6,231 nucleotides of DNA. It comes from a virus (lineage: Duplodnaviria > Heunggongvirae > Uroviricota > Caudoviricetes). The position numbers and the translations under genes are program-made. Location: the IMG/VR virus record IMGVR_UViG_3300029711_000132; one strand, written 5' to 3'. The notes below the pieces were generated by a model. That model was not told where the DNA came from and made no database searches. It worked only from the letters and a program-made list of their open reading frames with translations. Numbering within the stretch: position 1 is the first letter of the stretch; the number at the start of each line of letters is the position of its first letter. Shown piece after piece: positions 1 through 5,622 of the stretch.

Positions 1-30
1 TTTTTCCTCTGCTGTAAATGTTCGTCTCAT
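1..30 (-). CDS. insI: IS30 transposase, first 10 codons only (MRRTFTAEEK...), truncated by the window edge
   Basis: ATG at 30..28 on the minus strand, 62 nt inside the IS30 end; translation MRRTFTAEEK matches my recollection of the IS30 transposase N-terminus. Confidence 0.7.
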   Translation of the reverse strand, partial: MRRTFTAEEK

Positions 31-92
31 TCAAAAAACCTCCGCAACCCCATGTTTTCACATAACTGTTGCGTTGACCAATTGAATCTACA
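1..92 (-). mobile_element. IS30, left end only (element continues beyond the window start)
   Basis: Minus strand of 92..1 reads TGTAGATTCAATTGGTCAACGCAACAGTTATGTGAAAACATGGGGTTGCGGAGGTTTTTTGAATGAGACGAACATTTACAGCAGAGGAAAAA, which I recognise as the IS30 terminal inverted repeat followed by the start of its transposase gene. Recognition is from memory, not a search. Confidence 0.8.
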
Positions 93-343
93 GCGGCTTT
101 TTTTAATATGTCCCGTTCGTCGGTAACCCGTTTCAGCTCTTTCTGGAGACGGCGGATCTCGGCCTGAGCATCTGACTGTTCTTTATTAGTGGAAGAATCC
201 GGACCGTACTTCTTTATCCAGGCATAAAGGCTGTGGGTGGTGATATCGAGACGTGTTGCAACGCTGGCAACAGAATAACCGCGATCAACAACCTGTTTGA
301 CTGCTTCAGTTTTAAACTCTTCGGGATAACGCTTACCGCTCAT
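93..343 (-). pseudogene. IS3-family orfA (HTH transposase subunit), truncated by the IS30 insertion
   Basis: ATG at 343..341; translation MSGKRYPEEFKTEAVKQVVDRGYSVASVATRLDITTHSLYAWIKKYGPDSSTNKEQSDAQAEIRRLQKELKRVTDERDILKKAA has the IS3-family OrfA architecture (HTH then leucine-zipper-like region). The A-run slippery motif (A AAA AAA G) sits at 98-105, immediately before the IS30 junction. The native OrfA C-terminus and the orfB transposase are absent from the window. Confidence 0.7.
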
Positions 344-453
344 GGGCACCTCTCTTTAAGCCATCTTAAATGACTCTGAGGTGTCTGTTAAACCCGTGGC
401 GATTCATTCAATAGTTTTCCTTCTAAGCATCCTACAAAATCGGTGACGAGTCA
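93..453 (-). mobile_element. IS3-family insertion sequence fragment (IS150-like terminal repeat), interrupted by IS30 at 92/93
   Basis: Minus strand from 453 reads TGACTCGTCACCGATTTTGTAGGATG, resembling the IS150 end TGTACTGCACCCATTTTGTTGGACG (shared CACC-ATTTTGT-GGA pattern). About 110 nt of leader is followed by an orfA-type ORF. The exact outer boundary is uncertain. Confidence 0.6.
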
Positions 454-600
454 TGACCAGTTCACGTAGTGCAATGAAATTACTGCAATCTATTATGACG
501 CAAATGCGTCAATACTCGAATCAACTGATCATCCTGCCACGACTGAAATCTCAAATAGGCCGTTTCTCAAGTAAGAGATTTTGAATGCATTATTGGCTAC

Positions 601-630
601 TGAAATAAAAAACCCAGCGCCAACTGGGTT
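601..630 (-). terminator. Intrinsic terminator for the secreted-protein gene
   Basis: Minus-strand hairpin AACCCAG-ttggcg-CTGGGTT (611-630) followed by TTTTTATTT (601-610), 18 nt downstream of the stop at 648. The plus strand also has a T-run after the same hairpin, so it could act bidirectionally. Confidence 0.6.
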
Positions 631-647
631 CATATGAAATTTTTTTG

Positions 648-1142
648 TCATTTCCAATTGCAAGACTGTGAAATTTTTTCCACAACCTTATCAATCTCAG
701 ACAAGTCAAACTCAACTACTTGCATAGTTGATCCATAAGGTTCAAACCCAAAAATAGCTTTTTTATGCTTAGCCAAGGTCTTTATAAATTGTATTGGTTG
801 TGGAACAAATGCAGAATCACCGCCTTCCCCACCTCCCCAAACACTCTTGACCGGCTTTCCGCCATCTAACCGCACTGTAATTCTTGGGTTGTCCGACCCC
901 ATATAATCATTGAATGATAAATAGGCATCTGTTTTGTTATCACTACAACGCAACACCAGTGAAGTTGCACGATCAGTACCTGCTTTGTTATATGAATCTG
1001 GTGATAAATTAAGAGCCACAAAGTCAGTCTGGTCAGTCATTTTATTTATCTCAGACTTTGTTATCCACGGCCCTAACTTCTCTACACCAGCATTTGCTGT
1101 AAACGAGGCACTTATGACAAAGGCTAAAATAAATTTTCTCAT
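648..1142 (-). CDS. Secreted/periplasmic hypothetical protein (164 aa) with Sec signal peptide; accessory gene downstream of ren
   Basis: ORF with AAGGAG Shine-Dalgarno about 8 nt upstream of the ATG at 1142. N-terminus MRKFILAFVISASFTANA|GVEK is a classic signal peptide with an A-x-A cleavage motif. Two Cys (66 and 162) could form a periplasmic disulfide; Gly-rich segment WGGGEGGDS. Own terminator downstream. I do not recognise the family. Confidence 0.75.
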   Translation of the reverse strand: MRKFILAFVISASFTANAGVEKLGPWITKSEINKMTDQTDFVALNLSPDSYNKAGTDRATSLVLRCSDNKTDAYLSFNDYMGSDNPRITVRLDGGKPVKSVWGGGEGGDSAFVPQPIQFIKTLAKHKKAIFGFEPYGSTMQVVEFDLSEIDKVVEKISQSCNWK

Positions 1143-1172
1143 AACCCTATCTCCTTGGATTTAAAGAACTAA

Positions 1173-1178
1173 ATATTA
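1173..1178 (-). promoter_or_regulatory. Possible -10 hexamer (TAATAT) for an independent promoter of the secreted-protein gene
   Basis: Minus-strand TAATAT about 30 nt upstream of the ATG at 1142; the -35 is poor (TTTCTA). Speculative. Confidence 0.25.
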
Positions 1179-1288
1179 TCAAGTCTCTTGCCACTAGAAA
1201 ACCCACTTTATTTCCAAACTCTGACGGCATTCCTGAAAATCCGCTTCATACTCACTTGCCCCGCCCTATCATCCTGAGTAGCTAACCG

Positions 1289-1462
1289 TTAAACAAACGT
1301 TCGCCAGACCTTACCATCAATGACCAGGATTCCTGCCCGCGCCATTTTTGCCGCAGCCTGATTTATGCTGGTTAATGTCATACCTGTTGTCGCAGCAACG
1401 TCCGGCGCACAGAAGCTCTTGTGCGTCTCCAGATAATGAATAATTGCCTCTTTGCCCGTCAT
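1289..1462 (-). CDS. ren: Ren-like protein, truncated and divergent at the C-terminus (57 aa)
   Basis: ATG overlaps the P stop (GTATGAC). Translation MTGKEAIIHYLETHKSFCAPDVAATTGMTLTSINQAAAKMARAGILVIDGKVWRTFV* tracks lambda Ren (96 aa) up to KVWRT, then ends. Too short to appear in the supplied ORF track. Confidence 0.6.
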   Translation of the reverse strand: MTGKEAIIHYLETHKSFCAPDVAATTGMTLTSINQAAAKMARAGILVIDGKVWRTFV

Positions 1463-2163
1463 ACAGTTGCTCCTTTCAGTCCGAACTTCGCTTTGATTTC
1501 TGCGATCTTCGCCAGAGCCTGTGCACGATTTAGAGGTCTACCGCCCATGACAGGAAGTTGTTTTACTGGTTCAGGTATCGCCTCACCACGGTTAATTCGC
1601 GCGGTCATACAAGTCAGTTCATCGGCAGCCTTGCGCCGTAATTCCGCATCAGTCAGCGCATTGGCCCGCATGTTCTGATACAGGTTGGTAACCAACCAGT
1701 AGTGCGCGTTTGATTTCCATGGATAAGACTCTGCATCCGGATAAAGGCCACGCTTCCGGCAATACTCGTAAACCATATCAACCAGCTCGCTGGCGTTTGG
1801 CAGCCCGGCGTTAACGGATGCTTCTTCCCGGCACCAGGCGACAAACTGCCCGGGTGATGGCAGGAATGGTCGATTCTGCCGACGGGCTACGCGCATTCCT
1901 GCGTTAACCTGTTCCATTGTGGTGATCCCGTTTTCCCGGANNNNNNNNNNNNNNNNNNNNNNNNNNNNNNNNNNNNNNNNNNNNNNNNNNNNNNTAGCCA
2001 GGCTCGCCGGGAAAGTTGCCAGTAACTGGCTGAACACACCGTTGATGATCTGCGCTACCTGCTGTACCTGCGGCTTTTCGTCGTACTGTTCCGGCATGTT
2101 GTTGGCGATCCGGCGCATCTGCTCACGGTCAAAGTTAACCATCTGTGCGGCGATGTTTTTCAT
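1459..2163 (-). CDS. P: Replication protein P (DnaB helicase loader), lambda type
   Basis: Translation MKNIAAQMVNFDREQMRRIANNMPEQYDEKPQVQQVAQIINGVFSQLLATFPASLA...KAKFGLKGATV is essentially the lambda P sequence as I recall it. Start overlaps the O stop (ATGA). The N gap at 1941-1994 preserves frame length, but the 18-19 residues there are unknown. Confidence 0.93.
   Translation of the reverse strand: MKNIAAQMVNFDREQMRRIANNMPEQYDEKPQVQQVAQIINGVFSQLLATFPASLAXXXXXXXXXXXXXXXXXXXRENGITTMEQVNAGMRVARRQNRPFLPSPGQFVAWCREEASVNAGLPNASELVDMVYEYCRKRGLYPDAESYPWKSNAHYWLVTNLYQNMRANALTDAELRRKAADELTCMTARINRGEAIPEPVKQLPVMGGRPLNRAQALAKIAEIKAKFGLKGATV
1941..1994. other. Run of 54 N (assembly gap or masked bases) inside the P gene
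   Basis: Directly visible in the sequence. Confidence 0.99.
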
Positions 2164-3089
2164 AAATCCACCCCGTAAATCCAGTCAGTGTTTGTCAGGT
2201 CGAGTTTTGATTTTCCGGCTGTCACGCCAGCCTGTTGCTTGTTACGGTTGATTTCGAGTTGGGTCCACTTGTCGCGGAGTTTGGCCGGACTCAGCACGTT
2301 ACCTGACCAGAAGTTGTCCTGGCATGCCCAGCGGAACAGCACGCACATGTCGCGGTGGTTACGTCCGTCACGTTCACGCATCAGGCGGATATCGTTAGCC
2401 CACCCTGCAAAATTCGGTTTTCTGGCTGAGGGCGCGATGGTCTTCACCATGTCAAACATCCACTCTGCGGCGGTCAGGTCTTCTGCTGTCCCCCACTTGC
2501 TGCCGCTCTGAATTGCAGCATCCCGTTTCTCCACAGGAAAGTCGTTTTCTGGCTGGTCAGAGGATTCGCCAGAATTCTCGGACGAAAAAGGTTTTATATT
2601 GTCTTTTGTTAGTTTGTCTTTTGTGTTTACCTGATTCGGGTAAGTGCCTTTACCTGATTTGGGTAAACTTTTCTTACCTGATTCAGGTAAATTTACCTCT
2701 TTCAGGTAAACTTTATTTTTCTTACCTGATTCGGGTAATGTTGACCATTCACTGACCACATTATTAATGCCGATATTCCGCCCGCTCTGAATAAAAATCC
2801 CACGCTTTACCAGAACACTTTTTGCAGCAGAACACTTGTGCGGCAATATCCCGGTCAACTCGGAAAGTTGCTCGTTGCTCACCCAATCCAGTTTTTTATT
2901 AAAGCCATATGTTTTGCGCATGACAGCCAGGAAGACCAGAAGCTGGTGCTGTGTTAATCCGGCCAGCATCACAGCTTCCAGCAACTCATTTGCAATGCGC
3001 GTATAACCATCATCGAGATCTGCCACGCGCGGCTCCTTTTGTGCCGCATCCGGCACTGGAAAATTGAATATCTCAGCAGTGTTTGCCAT
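2160..3089 (-). CDS. O: O-family replication initiator (N-terminal iteron-binding domain, C-terminal P-recruiting domain)
   Basis: C-terminus ...KSKLDLTNTDWIYGVDL matches the lambda O C-terminus; N-terminus MANTAEIFNFPV...ADLDDGYTRIANELLEA...LRKTYGFNK aligns with lambda O MTNTAKILNFGR...ADLDDGYARLSNMLLEA. Start chosen at ATG 3089 (RBS GGGAGG 4-5 nt upstream), which aligns with the lambda O start. The longer ORF from 3179 overlaps the upstream stop as ATGA and cannot be excluded. Confidence 0.85.
   Translation of the reverse strand: MANTAEIFNFPVPDAAQKEPRVADLDDGYTRIANELLEAVMLAGLTQHQLLVFLAVMRKTYGFNKKLDWVSNEQLSELTGILPHKCSAAKSVLVKRGIFIQSGRNIGINNVVSEWSTLPESGKKNKVYLKEVNLPESGKKSLPKSGKGTYPNQVNTKDKLTKDNIKPFSSENSGESSDQPENDFPVEKRDAAIQSGSKWGTAEDLTAAEWMFDMVKTIAPSARKPNFAGWANDIRLMRERDGRNHRDMCVLFRWACQDNFWSGNVLSPAKLRDKWTQLEINRNKQQAGVTAGKSKLDLTNTDWIYGVDL
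2627..2738. repeat. Replication origin iterons: five copies of TTACC-N7-GGTAA inside O, with an adjacent AT-rich stretch (about 2585-2626)
   Basis: Copies at 2627-2643, 2650-2666, 2674-2690, 2693-2709 and 2722-2738 (e.g. TTACCTGATTCGGGTAA), each an inverted repeat. The AT-rich run GGTTTTATATTGTCTTTTGTTAGTTTGTCTTTTGTG follows on the downstream side in the direction of O transcription, as in lambda ori. The repeats encode the reiterated LPESGKK/LPKSGKG linker of O. Confidence 0.85.
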
Positions 3090-3175
3090 AATTCCTCCCG
3101 CAATGAGTGTGTTACGATTTGCACCTGAAAGTCGGTTCTGTTCCAGCAGACCGGCTTTCGCCATTTCTGAACCTG

Positions 3176-3715
3176 TCATATCGCCCCCAGCATGGTAGTA
3201 ACCATCGCCATCAATGGACCAGCCAGATCCGGGTCCACACGAAACATCGACACAATACCTTCACTCATTTCCTTCAGTTTCTGGTGGCGTGGTGCGTTGA
3301 GAATGACAGCCTGTTTTGCCTCACTGAGTTCCTTTTCCATTTCAGCCAACCTAGCCATGAAGCTATCCTGCTCAACCAGGTAACCGCGATATTCCAGCGG
3401 TAGTACCGCCAGAATTGCCGGGGTCAGTTCACGCACGTTATTTCGGTATTTTTCAGAATCGAATTTGTTATCGAGGAAGCGGAACAGCTTCTGGCGTGCA
3501 CGGCTGACATCATCAGGGAAATCGATGGTGCCGTCGCCCTGCTCCCGATACTCATTCACAATGAGTGCGGCAACGACATCCTGATTATCTACAGCCGACC
3601 AGGCGCGGACGGCATCACGGATTTTTTCGTGGCCTGGAGCTTGTTTTGTTTGAGAACGATTTATCACCGCAGTCGGAATAAATTCGCTAGTCTGTTGGTA
3701 TGTAAGTGGTTGCAT
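3176..3715 (-). CDS. YdaT-family protein in the cII position (putative lysis-lysogeny regulator)
   Basis: 179-aa ORF with strong RBS AAGGAG 6 nt upstream of the ATG at 3715, lying between cro and O where lambda has cII. No similarity to lambda CII; the segment LTPAILAVLPLEYRGYLVEQDSFMARLAE resembles what I recall of Rac/CP-933P YdaT. Family call is from memory and needs an HMM check. Confidence 0.7.
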   Translation of the reverse strand: MQPLTYQQTSEFIPTAVINRSQTKQAPGHEKIRDAVRAWSAVDNQDVVAALIVNEYREQGDGTIDFPDDVSRARQKLFRFLDNKFDSEKYRNNVRELTPAILAVLPLEYRGYLVEQDSFMARLAEMEKELSEAKQAVILNAPRHQKLKEMSEGIVSMFRVDPDLAGPLMAMVTTMLGAI

Positions 3716-3759
3716 AATTGACTCCTTTAGTTTGAATTGACTGTTAAGTTGATTGCTTA

Positions 3760-3772
3760 TTGTTAAAGAGCG
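3760..3772 (-). promoter_or_regulatory. boxA-like element (nutR position) in the cro-ydaT intergenic region
   Basis: Minus strand reads CGCTCTTTAACAA, 13 nt after the cro stop. This matches the boxA consensus (lambda CGCTCTTA; rrn TGCTCTTTAACAA) at the location where lambda carries nutR. No convincing boxB hairpin was found next to it. Confidence 0.35.
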
Positions 3773-3784
3773 TGAAATGGAAAT

Positions 3785-4015
3785 TTAAGCTGCGTTCTTT
3801 TCGGTGTGTGGAAACAACTTCGGAAGATCCGGACGAATCTGGTATGCCTTCACAACTCCACCAGTAGCCGTAACAATGCTGCCGACATGTTCAGGGGATA
3901 CCTTTGCTTTGTTGTGAAGCCACTTATAGACGGCCTGCTGTGAAACTTCGCAGGCATCGCCTAGTTTCTTTTGTGAACCAACGATATTGATCGCTGTTTT
4001 GATTGCTGGGTTCAT
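3785..4015 (-). CDS. cro: Cro-like small HTH regulator (Cro/CI-type, YdaS-like)
   Basis: 76-aa ORF transcribed divergently from the repressor gene, first gene of the early-right operon. GGAGG sits just upstream of the ATG. Sequence LGDACEVSQQAVYKWL is a helix-turn-helix signature. Confidence 0.8.
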   Translation of the reverse strand: MNPAIKTAINIVGSQKKLGDACEVSQQAVYKWLHNKAKVSPEHVGSIVTATGGVVKAYQIRPDLPKLFPHTEKNAA

Positions 4016-4119
4016 AACAACCTCCGCGGTTAATCCGAATCAAGATTAAAACTATGGTTGTTTTTAGTCAACAACCATTTTCGTTTGATGAAATAAAACC
4101 TTGGTTGTACATTTGATCT
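4016..4119. promoter_or_regulatory. OR-like divergent operator/promoter region between cro and cI
   Basis: Inverted repeat ATGGTTGTT-N7-AACAACCAT (4044-4068) plus a related half-site CTTGGTTGTACA (about 4099-4110). Candidate pR on the minus strand: -35 TTGACT (4061..4056). Candidate pRM on the plus strand: -35 TTGATG (4085-4090), 17-nt spacer, -10 TACATT (4108-4113), ending 7 nt before the cI ATG with no Shine-Dalgarno, i.e. a possibly leaderless cI mRNA as in lambda. Confidence 0.55.
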
Positions 4120-4809
4120 ATGAAAACAACACTCTCAGAAAGACTTAAAGAAGCCAGATTAGCGCGAGGCCTTACACAAAAGGCGCTTGGGGATTTGGTC
4201 GGGGTTAGCCAGGCTGCTATTCAGAAAATCGAAACAGGGAAAGCTAACCAAACAACTAAAATCGTGGAGATCGCGAACGCTTTGGGTGTACGCGCAGAAT
4301 GGTTATCTTCTGGCGTTGGAAATATGTCAGACAGTACAGTGCAACCAATACAATCAACTGTCAGCCATTCCAAATACTTCAAAATTGACGTTCTTGATAT
4401 AGAAGTCAGTGCCGGGCCAGGTGTAATCAACCGTGAGTTTGTAGAAGTTCTACGCTCGGTTGAGTACTCGTTTGACGATGCTCGTCACATGTTCGATGGC
4501 AGGAAGGCGGAAAATATCCGCATCATTAACGTGCGAGGTGACAGCATGTCAGGGACGATCGAACCAGGTGACCTGCTGTTCGTTGATATCACTGTTAAAT
4601 CTTTCGACGGTGATGGCATCTATGCGTTTCTGTACGACGACACTGCCCATGTAAAACGTCTTCAAATGATGAAGGATAAGCTGCTGGTTATCTCTGATAA
4701 CAAGAGCTACTCGCCGTGGGACCCGATCGAGAAAGACGAGATGAACCGGGTGTTCATATTCGGTAAGGTCATTGGAAGCATGCCGCAGACGTACAGGAAG
4801 CATGGTTAA
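4120..4809 (+). CDS. cI: CI-like prophage repressor (N-terminal HTH, C-terminal LexA/S24-type autocleavage domain)
   Basis: 229-aa ORF. N-terminus LTQKALGDLVGVSQAAIQKIETGK is an HTH; Ala-Gly candidate cleavage site in EVSAGPG (residues 98-99); catalytic Ser in RGDSMSGTIEPGD and Lys in AHVKRL. Divergent from cro across the operator region. Confidence 0.9.
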   Translation: MKTTLSERLKEARLARGLTQKALGDLVGVSQAAIQKIETGKANQTTKIVEIANALGVRAEWLSSGVGNMSDSTVQPIQSTVSHSKYFKIDVLDIEVSAGPGVINREFVEVLRSVEYSFDDARHMFDGRKAENIRIINVRGDSMSGTIEPGDLLFVDITVKSFDGDGIYAFLYDDTAHVKRLQMMKDKLLVISDNKSYSPWDPIEKDEMNRVFIFGKVIGSMPQTYRKHG

Positions 4810-5038
4810 TTTATCTACGACTTAAGGGAGCGAAGGTTAAGGTTTATACCACTCGGATTAGATATTGCACTAAATTCTCTATAAGAACGCCAAATCTGTT
4901 TGCATATTTCAGTAAATATTCTCGTTGTTAGCTGAGATTTGTTGCTACTGTCAGCAAAATGTCCCCCTATCTCGTAGCGGTTTTTATTTCGAATCATTAT
5001 GTTAAGATGTTTCTGATTATAATGAATGGAAACATAAA

Positions 5039-5419
5039 ATGAGAAAAATCCTAATCGCTGCCATGATGGCATCTGTATTGGCTGGGTGTGCTTCTTCAGG
5101 CAACCAGCAACTCAAAAATGAAACTGAAATTAGTGTCCAGTCTAAACTTCAGGAAGGTAAAACAACCAAGAATGAGGTTAAATCTTACTTTGGTTCTCCT
5201 GATGCTGTTTCATATACTGACAGTGGAAACGAGATCTGGAAGTACGCCTTTGCAAAAGTAAAAGTGAATGGCACCACTTTTATTCCATTCTATGGATTAT
5301 TCCATAATGGAACGAACGGTACGAAAAAAGAACTTACTATTCTTTTTAACGATGACACGATTAAGAAATACACAATGTCAGAAACCCAAATAAACTCGAA
5401 ATCAGGTTGGGCTGACTGA
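5039..5419 (+). CDS. Predicted outer-membrane lipoprotein with BamE-like (SmpA/OmlA-type) domain; accessory gene in the rex position downstream of cI
   Basis: 126-aa ORF. N-terminus MRKILIAAMMASVLAGC has a lipobox (LAGC, Cys17) with Ala at +2, predicting outer-membrane sorting. Mature part EGKTTKNEVKSYFGSPDAVSYTDSGNEIWKY...KKELTILFNDDTIKKY parallels the E. coli BamE pattern GMTQQQVAYALGTPL...NTWFYVF...QQTLTLTFNSSGVL as I recall it. Weak RBS (GGAA about 8 nt upstream); strong terminator downstream. Confidence 0.8.
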   Translation: MRKILIAAMMASVLAGCASSGNQQLKNETEISVQSKLQEGKTTKNEVKSYFGSPDAVSYTDSGNEIWKYAFAKVKVNGTTFIPFYGLFHNGTNGTKKELTILFNDDTIKKYTMSETQINSKSGWAD

Positions 5420-5427
5420 TAATCATA

Positions 5428-5455
5428 CCCGGCAACCGCGCCGGGTTTTCTTTTC
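5428..5455 (+). terminator. Rho-independent terminator after the lipoprotein gene
   Basis: Hairpin CCCGGC-aaccgc-GCCGGG (5428-5445) followed by TTTTCTTTTCC, beginning 9 nt after the stop codon. Confidence 0.7.
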
Positions 5456-5565
5456 CTCCCCCTCATAACTCATACCGTCCAAAAAACCACCACACCTCAC
5501 TTCAGTTATCGCTATGCGATGCAAGTCACAAAATAAATCCATCCTAAATACAACCAGTTATATTA

Positions 5566-5622
5566 AAAACAACCGATAAAACAACTTTTGTTGTTGACGA
5601 TAAAACAACTATAGTTTTAAAT
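5566..5622 (+). promoter_or_regulatory. OL/pL-like operator-promoter cluster
   Basis: Three direct AAAACAAC copies (5566, 5578, 5602) and a palindrome ACAAC-TTTT-GTTGT (5581-5594) share the ACAAC/GTTGT core of the OR half-sites. Candidate promoter: -35 TTGACG (5594-5599), 17-nt spacer, -10 TTAAAT (5617-5622), pointing rightward away from cI as lambda pL does. Confidence 0.4.

Noticed and set aside
453-584. 43-codon plus-strand ORF (MTSSRSAMKLLQ...) whose ATG abuts the IS3-family terminus
   Set aside because: Short, weak RBS, no recognisable features; probably chance or a remnant of whatever the IS inserted into.
2627-2738. Short regularly spaced repeats that might suggest a CRISPR array
   Set aside because: They are palindromic 17-bp iterons lying inside the O coding frame, followed by an AT-rich stretch. 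This is the lambdoid ori architecture, not repeat-spacer structure.
3090-3179. Longer O reading frame starting at ATG 3179 (ATGA overlap with the upstream stop), adding 30 residues
   Set aside because: Alignment with the lambda O N-terminus and the strong GGGAGG RBS favour the internal start at 3089. The upstream start cannot be excluded without N-terminal data.
3176-3260. OOP-like antisense RNA and terminator at the cII-position/O boundary
   Set aside because: Only a weak GGACC...GGTCC pairing with an 11-nt loop and no U-tract on the plus strand; not supportable.
4942-4957. Possible LexA box (contains CTGT)
   Set aside because: Does not fit CTGT-N8-ACAG; it is a different palindrome (TTGCT-N6-AGCAA).
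934-5072. Supplied ORFs on the strand opposite the annotated genes (934-1164, 1421-1678, 1653-1844, 1919-2251, 2188-2511, 2513-2755, 3107-3403, 3192-3383, 4187-4402, 4221-4430, 4460-4654, 4549-4803, 4815-5072)
   Set aside because: Each lies wholly or largely inside a gene supported by homology or strong signals, lacks a convincing RBS and has no recognisable product; treated as antisense or out-of-frame artefacts.
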